64,000 nt of DNA from Lama guanicoe (taxonomy: Eukaryota). The DNA lies in the NCBI GenBank assembly GCA_013239625.1, contig MU054323.1, forward strand, positions 17,364,029-17,428,028, written 5' to 3'. How positions within the stretch are numbered: position 1 is the first letter of the stretch; each line of letters starts with the position of its first letter. Shown here in pieces: positions 16,250-30,276 of the stretch. Below the pieces are notes generated by a model, which was not told the DNA's origin, did not search any database, and saw only the letters and a list, made by a program, of their open reading frames with translations. The translations under genes and the position numbers were made by a program.

Positions 16250-16450
16250 GCAATACAGTGGAGAGGAACCTGAAAGACACAAAACCTAGGATCAAAATTT
16301 GACTCTACTTTCTGTGTGACTTTGGGGCAAATTACTTGACTTCTAAGCCTCACTTTTCCTATCTGTCATATGAGCTTATAAAAAGCCTACCTTGCCTATT
16401 TTATGGGGTTATTAAAAATCAAAGCACTTGTAAATGATAATGTACAATTT
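16250..16450 (+). mobile_element. MIR SINE
   Basis: ctgtgtgactttggggcaaattacttgacttctaagcctcacttttcctatctgt core. Confidence 0.75.
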
Positions 16451-19284
16451 AAGGGTAAGTTGTTTTCTTCATAGTTTTACTACAGAATTAACATTAGTAT
16501 TATGAAGAACTTTGTCAGTATGCACATGTTAAGATTTTGAGTTAGTGAAACGCAAGCATATTTTCAGTTAGTGGCTAAATATACTACATATGCCTGACAG
16601 AAAGTCTGTGCTTAACAAGGATTAAGTCATCAATAACTACTAATCATCAATGCAACAAGGTGGCTATAATTCAAGCAAGCAATTAACTGAGGTATGAGTG
16701 TCAATAATTCAGTACCTTATAAATCTGTTTGTGGCTACCAAAAAGGAAAAATTAAGAAATATTATTTATTAATAGAACTTTCATGCAACATTTAAGAACA
16801 AACTCTCTATCACAGAGGAAAAGACTTGAGAAATAAAACCACAAATTTCAAATTTACAAAGGTTTACTTTTCAATGAAAAGAAAATCAATGGCCAAGTGT
16901 TCATAAAGAAGATACTAGGTTTTAACAGATATTACTAGTAGGTTGAAGGCTGGACTCTGGGTAAACTCTCAAACTACTTCCACTTCTATCTAAACTATTT
17001 ATTTCTCATATGGAAGAATTTTTGGAGACAAATGTTACCATAAACCTTTTGAAGTTTAGGCTTCAAAGGAAGCAGGTAATCTAACATTGAAAGTAATGTT
17101 TAATAAAAAAGGGCAAAATTCTACACAGTGTAATGAAAGCATCACTAAAGAGTGAATTATTTCACTGAGTTGTTTCAGAATTTAATCACTCAATATTCAA
17201 GTCAATATGACGCAAGGTAATTTTTCAGTCTTACAAACTGATACTAACAGCAGAATATTACTGAGTTCTTTACAATCTATCCTTTGATATTTTTTATATT
17301 ATTAATTCTGGCAAACACATCTAAAGTTATACAAAACACATAATTCTAACATTCATAAAAACAACTACGAAAGTAACAAATCCAATAGGAAATACATTTG
17401 ATTTTCTGTTCTAAAAGTGTTTCAAGTTTCTGGGTTACTTATCTACCACTTAACTGTAGCATTTTACATGTGGAATATACTGTTATCTCAAAAATATTTT
17501 TAGTGTATTTTAAAATCACAAACCCAAAGTCTATTTCAAAAACCATAAAACTTTACTGATGAAATAATTTTTAAATGCAATATTTACCTTCACAGTATTA
17601 GTCAAGCATCTAAAACAAATTTCAGTGTAATAAATGACCTTTCTTATAAGCATTCTTTGCTTCTTTTACCTAACATAGCTGACTTAAACTGGGCACTGGT
17701 GCAGAATAATTCAAGCTAACTACCATCAAAGGGGTGACTTATTGTTGATACAGAAACAAAGCAGTGGCAATCAGTATGTAAATGAGACTCCACAAAGCAG
17801 CATCCTCTTGCTACCAAAGTGATATTCAATACCATACTTTTCTCATCACTGTCTATTTAATAACATTATGTAATAGCAACAATTTAATTTTACAAATCCC
17901 GTTCACTTAAATAGTTAAAAAAATTATCAAGTCCTGAAATTACATTGCCGTATGAGATCATATTTAAACCGATCCAGAGAATCATATTCTAAAGCACAAC
18001 GAAAACTCCTATCATCTATAGAGATGATAAAAATTATTTTCAGAAGAAAGGAGCCACTTTTACCAGCAGTTATTTTGAGGAGAGAGTCCTTAAGAAATAA
18101 GTAGAAGGGGCAGTAGTCAATATGATATATTGTATGTCCAAAGGAAACCCTGAGAGATAAATAGGATTAAATTTAAGAAGCTATGAACTGGAAAAAGAAA
18201 ACTCACAATGGTATTCAGGAGAGGAATAAAACTCGATTGGTTTACACATAAAAAAATAAAGTGTTGTACCTGATGCATTTTATATGAGTTCAACTAATTC
18301 ACAAACATATAATGATTCCTTTCTTAAAAAAACAAATTTGAATCCATATGCTTTTATTTCTAGAAATTAGTTTTCTCCAACATGAAATAAATAAAATGAT
18401 ACACTCTGAAATAATATAAACTGCCACATGCTTGCTGACAGAGGCAGGCAGAATCAGAAACCAGGATTCCCAACTCTCAATCCAGTGACCTTTTCAATAT
18501 ACTACCCAAAGAACTGAAATGACTTGAAATACTTGTTTAGAAAATATTCACCAAATAAAACCTATTCCATCCAAATAGGTAAACTGCAATGCACAAGGAT
18601 GACAAAATATACAACCTTATAACTGTCTAACTATAACTGAGATTTGCAACAAAAAGACAGACATTCACCTCTATCTTAAATACTGAGCACATATATAAGA
18701 GCCCATTACAAAATGTAAGAACACAAGTAAAAAGAAGAAAATCACCAAGTAAATTTCAAAACTAGTTCCTTTTTTTCCCAACAAAAGTATTTTTGAGTTA
18801 GTGATTTCATATATGCAGATAATTATCCTACATTACAGAAAAGTTCATCAACTAGTATATGATGTTAATGATATTAACAAAATTTGATCTTCTTTTACTT
18901 AACTAGTGTAAATCCTCATTTTCCCCCAAGACAAGTAAGCAGATGATCATTATCAAGGTAGTATATACTACATGGAATAAATAGTGTAATTCTTCCATAA
19001 TTGTAATTTAAATAAAACAGTATCTTTATTAAATTAGCCAATGGTGGAAAATATAAAAATGAAATCTTAAAATATAAATTATGTGATCTATAATTAGAAA
19101 ATAAAAGCAAAATTCTCGAGGTTTCTGAAGAATGTCGTAAGTTTTATTGAGATACTTAAATCGTCTTGTACACTTTTAGAAACTATTTAAACTATTAATA
19201 GTAGCTGAGTGAAAAAAAGAACTCAAAAGGGCAGATCTACAGGGGAAGCCAGTCAAGTTCCAATAAGAATTAATTTAACAAATA

Positions 19285-20215
19285 TTTAATTAACCACCCA
19301 TTAATTATAAGAATGAAAACATGGTGAGCAAGCCAAATCTGGCCCCTGCTGTTGGAGTATAAAAGAGGAGACAAATGAATTACAAAGTGCTATGATGGGG
19401 AAAATACAGGGCACTCTGGAAATACACAGCAAGAGCCCTTGACCTAATAAAGGGAGAGAAGATGGCAAGGAAAGCTTCCAGAAAGAAATGACTATAAGGT
19501 TTGAAGGATAAGAATGATTTAGCCATGGGGAAACAAGTACAAAAAATGAATTAGGCACAGGAAATAGCATGTGTAATTCAAAGAGTTATATAGGACCAAG
19601 ACTGAGAGAAACTGGCTGAATCATACCGCCTAGTGGGTGGGAAAGATGGGAGGTGGGGACAGGGAGTGAGTCAAGATTCTGGAGAAGTCAACAGGGACCA
19701 AGTCACGACAATAAGCCTTATTAGGAACTTGGACATAAACTTGGGTCAATAGGGAGCCATTACGGATTTTAAGCAATAGAGACTAATGTGATTAATTTTG
19801 CATTTTAGAAAGATGGCTTGGGTTTGGTTACCCAGTCAAGGGCAAATTGTGTGGGGAAGAGAAGATGGGAAGGAAAGACTAGAGGGAGATTTGTGATAGT
19901 CCAGATGAGATTATCATGGTCCTCACAGAGAACTGAGAGCAAACAAAAAGAGGATGAATCCAAAAGAAGATCCTTTTCAAGAATGAAAAGGAGTTACTTG
20001 GTGACTAAGTAGGTGTGATGTGGAGAAAGAGAAGAGTTGAGGACTTCCAGGTTTCTATTCCAAGTAACCAGATGGATAGCGGGACCACTTTGCTGAGTCA
20101 ATGAACACAGAAAGAGTAGATTTGTTGGGAAAGATAAGGAGTTTTCAAGAAAGTGAATTTGAGTTGCTTACACAATGAACAAGCAGAGTTGTTCAACAGA
20201 TAGCTGGACAATAAA
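19285..20215 (-). mobile_element. L2 LINE fragments
   Basis: Purine-rich L2-like motifs (ggaaagcttccagaaagaaatgac; gggagccatt...ttttaagca...tttgcattttagaaagat). Approximate. Confidence 0.6.
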
Positions 20216-21039
20216 TAGCTCACATTTCACCATTTCTCTTCCAATACCCCTCTCTTCATTTAATCTCTTTAATTCTATCGAGACCAACATAAATTCCTGA
20301 TTTTCTTCATGCTGCTAAAAGCAACCTCTGTTGTGACAGTGTCTCAGACTCCTTTAACTTAAAATATTCAGTATGCTAATGTGCCACTTTGGTGGGGATA
20401 GTGCGTCCTGAACCCCATCACACCCGTCTCCTCCTCCACGCCTATCCTACTGTGTACACGTGAAGTTTATCTAGAAAAAGCAGTAACCCCTCTGCTGTCA
20501 TGTAGTAAACCAGTTTGGTGAATTTCTAGCTAAATTCTAGCTAGAAATTAATTCTAGCTAAAAAAGGCAAAAAAATTGGAAACCACGATATTTATTTGAT
20601 AAAGAAGTCATAACACAATAGTAAAAAAAGGTGTTTCTATGTATCACTATTGTGTTTTCAGACAGAAAATAATCTTAGTTAATTGTAAAGAATTTTTAGA
20701 ATCCCTGCCAATTAGACTAAATTTGTGTACTGTTTTTGTCAGGGAGTATTTTAAGCCCAAGCATGTCATCTGGGTGAGATAAAAGATGATTGAAGAACAT
20801 GCAAGAGCAATTAAAAATAATCTATGCAACCAATTTTTACACATGCCCCATATTCAAATCATATTTTAAATAAGATCCAGTTATCCCTATCTTTAAATTT
20901 ATTAAAATATATTTTCTAACAATAGCAACTCTCTTGCCTACCTGTGGAATCTGAGTTGCAGCCTGCCCTTCACTGTTATCCCTCCTATTGTTACAGTCAC
21001 CAAAGTCATAACAAATACTGAAGAAGACCTATAAAAATT

Positions 21040-22430
21040 CAAGAACTTCTAGTAACAGGTGATGGAAGGCAGAAGTTTTGGAAACTCTGTGCAGATAACA
21101 ATTATTCAATCTGGACAAAATATTAAATATAGTTACAGGCATTGGAAAACATCTAAAAGAAAGCATAAGCCAGAAGCACTATTATTCTTGAAAAGATGCA
21201 ACTTTAGAAAGTGTACACTATGAGATTACGGTGACAGTGGGGAAGAATGGGAGGAAAAAAGTAGCTTTACAGGCTTGAGATAAAAGAGAGCAGTTTAAGA
21301 AGAAATTGAAGGGAGGAATCTGGAAGTGAATGAACTGCAGAAGGGTTGAGACACAAAATCTGAGGGTAAATTCTACCCAAACACCTGGTTGACTGCTAAA
21401 CTCTGCATGTGTGGGAAGACCCCAGGGAGCCTGGCAAAAAAGTAGGGAGATCAAAGAGGAATCTACTCCTGAAAGACAAGAATTGTAACAGATGAGTTCT
21501 TCTTTTCTTAAACTGAGTTTATTTCCCAACTGTACGTAGCTCACACAGCAGACAGTTAAAGCCTTACTGCTTTAAGGTGCCAAGGGACAGAGCCTGAGGC
21601 TGGCAGAGTGGCTGGAAATTAAGGGACAATCTCTAGGTGTAAGGAAACCACAAAGACTGTGCCCCCAAATCTAAACATTATCTCTGCCCAAACACTTGGT
21701 CTTACTGCCAAGTCATATATGCAAAGGGAAGACGTAAGAGAGTCAAGTAAAGCATATGGAAATCCTAAAAAGTGAACAGAGGTATCAACTGCTGCACAAC
21801 AAACAAGAGACAAATTTACAGTTGAGTCCAGGAAAGTTAACTGCCTGCTAGAGTGAAAATTCAACAATCTAAAACAAAACAAAATCAAAAGCCCACTAAA
21901 AGGATCCCAATAATCCTTCACACAACAGAATCCAAAGCTGTTAACTAGCAAAAAAAGCCCCACCGCCACCAACAACAATAACAACAACATAGGAAAATGT
22001 GACCCATATTTAAAGAAAAAAGCCAGTTAATAGAAACTGACTTCAAGTGTCTCAAATGTTGGATTTAGGAAAGACTTCAAAGTAGCTTTTGTAATCATAT
22101 TCTGAGAATTAAAGAAAGACAGTCATATTGAGTGGACAGACAGGAAGTCTCTGGAAACTATAAAACAAAATCCAAATGAGAATTCTAGAGTAAGTATAAT
22201 AACTAACAATTCTATTGACAGATCAATAGAAATTACCAATTTGAAGAATAAAGAGAAAAAAGATTGAAGAAAAATGAACAGTCTCAGAGTTCTATGGAAC
22301 AAAATAAAGCAATTCTATATAAACATAACTAGTTCCAGAAAGAGAAGAAATGAGAGAAAAATTAAAGAAAATGCAATAATGTAAAAGCAAGTTAAAATCT
22401 GAATGGTGAAAGGAGTTTGAAACTTTAAAT
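21040..22430 (+). mobile_element. Old L1M 5'/ORF1 remnant
   Basis: ORF1-like motifs (caaatgttggatttaggaaagacttcaaagtagct; agagaaaaaagattgaagaaaaatgaacagtctcagag). Approximate. Confidence 0.65.
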
Positions 22431-24017
22431 AGGAAATCAACCCTAAAAAATGTTAGGATAATCTCATTTATGAAATAAAATACCTTTTAAAAAACCATCT
22501 CTCTGTTCTTATCAGAGAGAAAATTACCAAAACTATAAATGCCCTTAAGAGTAGTTTATCTGATTTAAAATTGAAAAATTGGAGTAGTACAATAGTCAGC
22601 TGTTTGTTTATAACGGCTCCTGAATTCCACTATACTATGTTTAACTTTAGACATTAAACATCTGTGGTCACATACAATATCATTTAGCTCACTGCTCTAA
22701 GTCCATGTTTCTGGAGAAGAATTTCTAAATTTAGAAAGCTAGTTCAAAGAAATGGAAGCTAGACAGACCTCTGCTGGGCTTATTTTTATGATACTGAGAG
22801 AAGAGCTGTTTTCTAAATCTCCTCTTATTGCTGGTATTAAGACATCTGCTCATAAGCAGTACAAAAAAAAATGGTCTTAAGCATATAGCAATAGCAATTA
22901 AACCAAATGCAAAATATGAAAAAATAGTAGTTAAAAATTTAACTAGAATAGATGTTTGAAGCATCCAGCTCCCAAACTGGAAAAGCAGCAAATCAAAGCC
23001 ATTAAGAAATGTACACAAGATATTTGTAGTGGGGTCTGCAGAGCATATCTCTTTACAAAGAGTTCCTGGCACATTATGTGAAGGCCACTACTGGGTGTTT
23101 AAAGTGAATGATGTAGCAATTCGTATTTGTCTTTTTCAGTTTGTTTTATATAGCATTGGAAAAAAAAAAACTACTCTAGGAGGAAAATTATCTCCTACTT
23201 TTAACATTTCTCAGTTCTTGATCCTAAGTTTTTGCCACTCACTGCACCATTCAGTTGTACATTCTTATCTGCAATCCTACCTTACAATTCCTGTACTTAA
23301 GCATTTAGGATTACAATGTTTATACTATGTATTATATTATAGGGAAAAGTTAAGGACTATTCTTCAAGTCAGTTAGTACACAAAAATCTAGGGATAATAG
23401 AGAATCTAATGTTAAATTTTAACACACAGAAAGCATCTAACCATGTAAGCATCCTTATTTTCTAAAGCAAAGCTGGTAATCAAGATAAACACTGCACTGT
23501 TACAATGAATAAACATTAACTATGATATTTACTATTCCATTGGTTCTTAATTTAATCTTACCTCAAGAGATAGGGTTGTTTTGAATGTGTTAAAATTAAA
23601 CCTGGACATATTTTTCTTTCAATTATTTTGCTAATCATGTACTTCTTATTATCAATAAAACCTAAAAAAGGTACAGAGGTTTTAAGTGTTAAATTTTCTA
23701 TTCTTTTTTCATTTAAGAGAAAACATGTATGTTAACCTCAACCTCAATTATGTACATTTAGTCTTATTCAGATGACTGTTAATAATTTTGCATTCCTCTA
23801 AGTTTTTACCTGTCTATAATCTGTTTGAAAAATATTGTTTGCTTTTCATGAGATTTTTGTTGAACTAAAATTAAATTTTAAAAATCTAAGACCAGGATGA
23901 AGTGATGAATTGTCCAATCATAAAAAACACATTTTTATGGGTTTACGAAAGCCAATATACACTGGAGAATCAGAAAGATAAAATGAATATAATTTTTATG
24001 GTACACCAAAAGCTAAC

Positions 24018-24492
24018 TGTAATGGATTGAACTGTGTTCTCCATACTTGTTTATATATATGATCTTATTTGAAAATTGGGTCTTTGCAGGTATAATCAAG
24101 TTGAGATGAGGTCATATTAGACTAGAGTGAGCCCTACATCCATTGACTCGGTATTTTATAACAGAAAATGAAAAAAATTATTTTTGGAAAGAGAGATTTG
24201 GATGCAAAGGTAACAGAGAAGAATGTGAAGATGCGAAGAAAGTGACATGAAGATGGAGGAAAAGACTGAAATGAAGGCATCCATAAGCCAAGGGATGTCA
24301 AGGACTGCTGGGATACACCAGAAGCTAAGAAAAGGCAGGAAGGATTCTCTGCTAGAGACTTTAGAAGGAGTATGGCCCTGCGACACCCTAATTTAGGACT
24401 TCTTATCTCCAAAACTGTGAAAGAATAAATTTCTGTTGCTTTTAAGCCACTCAGTCTGTGCTTTGCTCTGGCAGCTTTAGGACACTAACATG
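24018..24492 (+). mobile_element. MaLR solo LTR (MLT1 family)
   Basis: Starts TGT. MLT1 motifs (gggtctttgcag...gatgaggtcatattag; ccagaagctaagaaaaggcaggaaggattctc; aataaatttctgttg). Degenerate 5-bp TSD ctaac/ctaat. Confidence 0.85.
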
Positions 24493-25214
24493 CTAATGCA
24501 CAAATAACAATAAAGATTTGTACCTGATTTTTTTAAATTGAGAGAAACTTAGTTTTCCCTAGGTTACATGGACCCAGCATACCGGAAAGAGAATAGGCAA
24601 TTCTCTAGGGAACTGACTAGTTCAAAATCATCCTGGATAATTTTTTTCTAATATTTTACCTCCTTAAGGTATACTCAGACAAATAACACATCTATAAAAC
24701 AAAGAAAAGGTTAAAATTTTTGTTGAGGTGAACAATGTACTGATTTGCTAACCTTCAAAATATCAGCTAACATATTTACTTAGTCCCAGGAAACAATTCT
24801 ATTTGTTTAACAAAGTAAATTAAACTTAACACAGAAAATCACATTACTGGAGCAATGAGGTTTTCCAAAGGACACAGAAGAGTTTTTCTTGTTTTTTTTT
24901 CACTTCATAAAAATGAACTTCAATGTGAAAAAAACTGATCAAAGGTTCCAAAAAGACTTGACTACTAAACTTTAACTTGCCAGGAAAAAAAAAATTTTTC
25001 CAGTTTCAGTGGCATTAAAGTCTTAAACTATTAATAATTATACTTTCATTTTATTTATAAATTTTATTTTATTTATACTTTTATTTTATTTATAAATTAA
25101 TTTGTAAGGCATTCTAAGTTTCCAAAGTAAATGTAATTATATGTTACAGTTAAACTATTTCTACAAATATAAGACATTTATAGGAATTCTAAGGAAAACT
25201 TACTTTATTTTTCC

Positions 25215-25990
25215 TATTCATTTTTTAACAAGCATTTATTGAATGTTTAAGTGCCAAACACTACTAGGCATGAGAATTCAAAGATACCTAAGGATCAGTT
25301 CCATTATTCATGGAGTATACAGTCCAATGACAAGACAGACATTAAAAATGGGTCAAGTTCATAAATAGGAGAGAGTAAAGGAGTGTAGTCAAAGGATCAA
25401 CCTAAGGAACCGAGGGAAATCAAGTTTCCCTTGGTTCAAATCAACATTTGAACAAATTCTTTGACAAGTAGGAATTTCTCAGATGAAAGGAGAAGGTAGA
25501 AATAGAAGAGGAGTTCCAGGTAAACAGAAAAAAAGGATATGAAATCCTAAACAGAATTAACATATCCAGGCTTGCTAGAAAATGTTTTATGGCTTAAGTG
25601 TAAGGTAAGTGGCATCAAATACTGAGCGGTAAGGTTGGAGAGAGGCCAAAGAATTTAGACTTTGTGTCCCAGTTCACAGGGAACCAACTGCACTTTTCAA
25701 ACTGGGAGTTCCATAAAATACAAAGATCATATATGAAACTGCTACAGTAATCTAGGCAAGAAATGCTGAGGGTCTGGACTAAGGCAGAATGGAGAGAATA
25801 TACTGGATTCCAAAATTATTTCTAGAGTCAAATCATGATGATCTGCCAATAAGGAAGAGAGAAGAATCAAAGATGGAACTGAGGCTTCTGGTGAAGGAAA
25901 CTGAGCTGATCAACAAAGAAATGGAATACAGGGAAAAGCACAAATTTGGGCAGGCAGGAGAAGGAGGGGAAGTGGTGAAGGATGAGGGAG
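25215..25990 (-). mobile_element. L2 LINE fragments (3' end at left)
   Basis: ttcattttttaacaagcatttattgaatg...gtgccaaacact...aagacagacatt, typical reverse L2 3' end. Confidence 0.65.
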
Positions 25991-26498
25991 TAAAAGATTA
26001 GTTTAAGATATCTGCCAGGTAAGAAGAAAAGTTTCTATTAATGGCAATTCTTTACTGTATGTATACTGAAGTATTTTTACATACATTCTCTTGGTTGATA
26101 TAATAACCCAGTAAGATAAGCGTTTCACAGATAAGGGAACCAGAGCTCAAAAGGTTAAGTGACTTGTTGCAAGCTACTCAGTTAGTAGGCTACAGGGCTA
26201 GAATCAGAGAGGAAACATCAGGCTACCATCTAGTCTCATGAGCTTTCAAAAGCTACTCCATGCCACAGATAAATTACGGCTAGTTTCCAACTGTCATTGC
26301 TATCTTAGCATTTTGCTGCTTCCCACTGCCCCAATTTTATTTAATCATTAGTTGAGTCCAGAACCACCAACTCTACACTGGCACTTGGAGTAATGGCAAT
26401 ACCCAGAGGAAAAATATTTACGGTAAGAAACATGCTGGAAAAAAATCTTAGACCCTTAAGAGTTAGGTCTTTCAGTCCATCTGATGGAAGAATTCTAC

Positions 26499-26756
26499 CA
26501 TAGTTCCTCAAAGTAACCCTCTATAAATATATTATATTTTTAAAGGGTTTCATGGTCTAATTAATTTGGGAACTAACTGCTTTATTACACAATTTAAAGT
26601 TTTTAATGTTCTAATGTACACTGAAAATTTCTAGTAGTATAATTAAGAATACAGTGCCCCCCCAAACATATTTGACCACTGAACATTTCCCCCAAACTTT
26701 TAATTTAGAGTATCTCATGGGACTAGCATCCCACAGAATACACTTTGAAAACACTG
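26499..26756. mobile_element. hAT-Charlie-type MITE (MER112-like)
   Basis: Degenerate TIRs (catagttcctcaaagt ... actttgaaaacactg) and internal inverted ggtctaattaatttggg / cccaaacatatttgacc. Confidence 0.55.
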
Positions 26757-28421
26757 CTCAATGAAACTATTTAACTAAGCAACATACCAACAAATACAAA
26801 GTAAGGATAATAAGTACAAATAGTGTATTAGTCCTGGGGGAATGCAGAGTAAAAAGGAGTGATCAATATTTATAGAATTAATTAGGCAAAGTTTCTTGCC
26901 TAATACATTAATTTTGCAATGAAATTTAGGCAGTAACATGAACTAGGAATAAGCATGCTTACCAGTAGAAATCTTTTAAATTGCTAACTGATGCAATTAT
27001 AAAATAAAGATTCTATTACCATAACTTATAACTTTAAAAATTTAATTGCCTATAATTGGGGGAGTAAATAATTAATTTCTCATATTATTAAGATGGTTAG
27101 GTTTTACAGCCTTCTGAACCTTCATCAAAGGTTCTTGTTCCTACTTATTAACTAATGATTGCTTCAAGGTTTCATATGGCCTTTAATCTTTCAGAATTTC
27201 ATTACAGTCTCAAGTAAAAATCCCATCATTCCTCTTGATTACCCTCTTATAATAATCATCCTTTATTACCAAAGACCATAAATGGTATTTTGTTTGTGGC
27301 CTAGAACAGAGAGCTAAGAGTGCTGTTAATTCTGCCTGGTGACTAAATCCTTTAACTTCCTCAGTCCTCTCTTAATTCAAACATTCCTGCTTGAGAAATC
27401 TAACTGAACTCCAAATTACTACAATGAAGAGAGACCTTGGAAAATGGAAGGAAAATTCAAGGATGAGAGTTCCTTCAGTTTACTAAACTAGGTCTTCTAC
27501 TCATTCATTGATTCATTATAGAGAGCCCATTTCATCAAGTACTCCTGCGAACTATAAATCTGATTTCTAGTAATACAAGCTCCATAACAAAACCAACATA
27601 TTAAATAGAATTTTTCTTTAATGAAAACATTCTTTTAAAAGCTCAAGAAATAATAATAGTATTAATGCAAGTCTTATTTCGTCTTCATGAGGCTAGTTCA
27701 TTAACGGTAAATAAAATATCTTTATAACTCATCCGTTAAATTTTTTGAAAAAAATTGTTTTTTAGGTTGTATTATCCATAACTCAAAGTAGACATCATTA
27801 GATACATAAGACATTTAAACGTAAATCACTTTGAGCTACAGTATTGTATTATAATTTATACAGACTAAGGCTCCCTTTTTCCTTAATTTCAGTGCAGAGG
27901 AGGGAAAAAAGCAAAATCCTTTCTTTTGGTTCAGTGCTTTTTAAGTTGAGTATTTTGAACTATAATCAAATGGGAAATTTTTACTAGGATTATATATTAT
28001 TTACTGTTTGTAAAGTAATAATGAGCAGTTTCATAGAAATAGTTGCAAACTTAGGCTATGAAAATTAGGTGATTAATCTTCCCCATTACCTGGCCTTATC
28101 CCCACACTTGGTCCCTTATCTAAGTCCCTGAATCTGTTGAGATCTCAAAATGGAGACCTCGATGCATAAATCTAAGGTTGTTTCCAAACAATCGGCCGTG
28201 TGAACAAAAAGAACACAAGATATAAACAAAGAGCACAAAAAAAAATCTTGATGATTGCTTTAAAATTCACTATTAAAACTGGAGAATATGTGACTCTTTT
28301 GTAGATTCATTTACATTTGCTTAACTAGAAAAAGAAAATGGATACAGACTAATGTTCATGAGCACTCAATAATTCACAAACTAATTGGAAAAAAAAAACT
28401 GTGTCACACTTGAACATTTTA

Positions 28422-28547
<126 letters not shown>

Positions 28548-28618
28548 CTAGAAAACAAAGTGATTTAATTTTTAAGTTTACTTTTCAGACATCACATATC
28601 TTGACATAAAAATTACTA

Positions 28619-28792
<174 letters not shown>

Positions 28793-30019
28793 CTACCACC
28801 ATAAATACAGAAAGATTAAATTATGGGCACATCTATGCCTGCACAATTATGTATTTCTTTTAAAGCCTCTAAACAAAATTATGTGGCTATTAGTTTTAAT
28901 AGAAGAAATCTAATATTCTCAAGTAAGAAAGTATATCAACTCTTTCTGATGAGTAATAGGATTCTTATATATTATGACACTTCTCAGGAAAGGATTCCAG
29001 TAGAGTATTATCAAAAAACATGGTTGTAAGAATAGAGGGACTTTTGGTTCTGGAAAACAAAGGCTAGCCTGAACAATAAAGAATATAAATATCTACAACC
29101 AGGTAAAGTATAAACATTTAGAATACTGGTGCCAGACATCTATTTTCTCATGGTTATTCCTTAGTGGAAGACTTACTTTCACATTCTGTGAGTCATAGGT
29201 AAAAGTTTATATCATCTAAAATTTATTGTTACACTTTTCACAGAACAATTAAACAATTTTAATACAAATTGCCAAAAAATTTTTTACCATCAGTTATTAA
29301 TAAACCAAACAAATCTAATGGTTAGAATCTGTTTTTGATGATTCCTGAGGAAAAAGAGAGCAGGTGTCTTGATTTTATCAGGAGGTAGGATCTCTACTCT
29401 CTTGTGTCCTGTGCCCGATTCCAGGTTGAACAAAAAAACCATAACGAAAACAGTGTTCTAGACCCTAGGAAGAGCTCATTTCTATGAAGGGTGATTCTAG
29501 AAAGAGGAAGAGGACATCTAGTGGAGGAGAGCAGAAAAAGGAAGTTTGAGTGAAAGACAGAACAAATAATGTTTACTTTTAATGTTGCTTCTTAGATTGT
29601 GTTTTTTTAAGGACAGACTGAATAACAATAATACAAGATCAGAAATCAGAAGACCTGACTTCTGTTCTTTGTGAAATGCAATGCAGGATATAAAGCTCCA
29701 AGTCACCCTAAATCCCTTGAGTAATTTCAATTCCTTCAACTGCCTTCTCAACTGAAAATTTCTATAATAATATAACACTGGAAATTGCAGTCCACTGAAA
29801 ATTTTACAGTTATGGATAGTAGGTTTTCAAAAATAACAACAGGAAGGAGTTAGGTATGAATAGAGTGGATGGGAGAGAGAAATTAAAATGTGATTAGATG
29901 TTATATCTTGGGTCTCTTCAATTCTAGTATTTATATACAGCAAATAATGTTCTCCTTCTCTTTCAATAAACTCTAATTTATTATAGAATTTTTATGACAA
30001 TTATATATATAAAGGAAAG

Positions 30020-30276
30020 GCTACGCAGTGTAGTGGCTTAAAAGCATGACTACAGAGTCACAGAGACCCAGATTCCAATTCTGATTGTACTACTTACTAG
30101 CTGTGACCTTTGACAAACTATTTACCATCTCTAAGCCAGTCTCTTCATTAGAAAATGTGGATAATACGTACTTCAAGGAGTTGTTTTAGAAATTCAGTGA
30201 GACAGCACGTGCAAAGTGCTTACAATAGTATACGAACATAGTGAGCACTGAATAAATGGTATCTAGTATTATTATT
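30020..30276 (+). mobile_element. Near full-length MIR
   Basis: tRNA-like head (gcagtgtagtggcttaaaagcatgact), core (acttactagctgtgacc), tail (gcactgaataaatggt...tattattatt). Confidence 0.85.

Noticed and set aside
22731..23376. 113-aa (-) and 115-aa (+) ORFs, hydrophobic with a basic patch
   Set aside because: No recognisable homology or splice context. F/L/I/K-rich ORFs of this length are expected in AT-rich introns.
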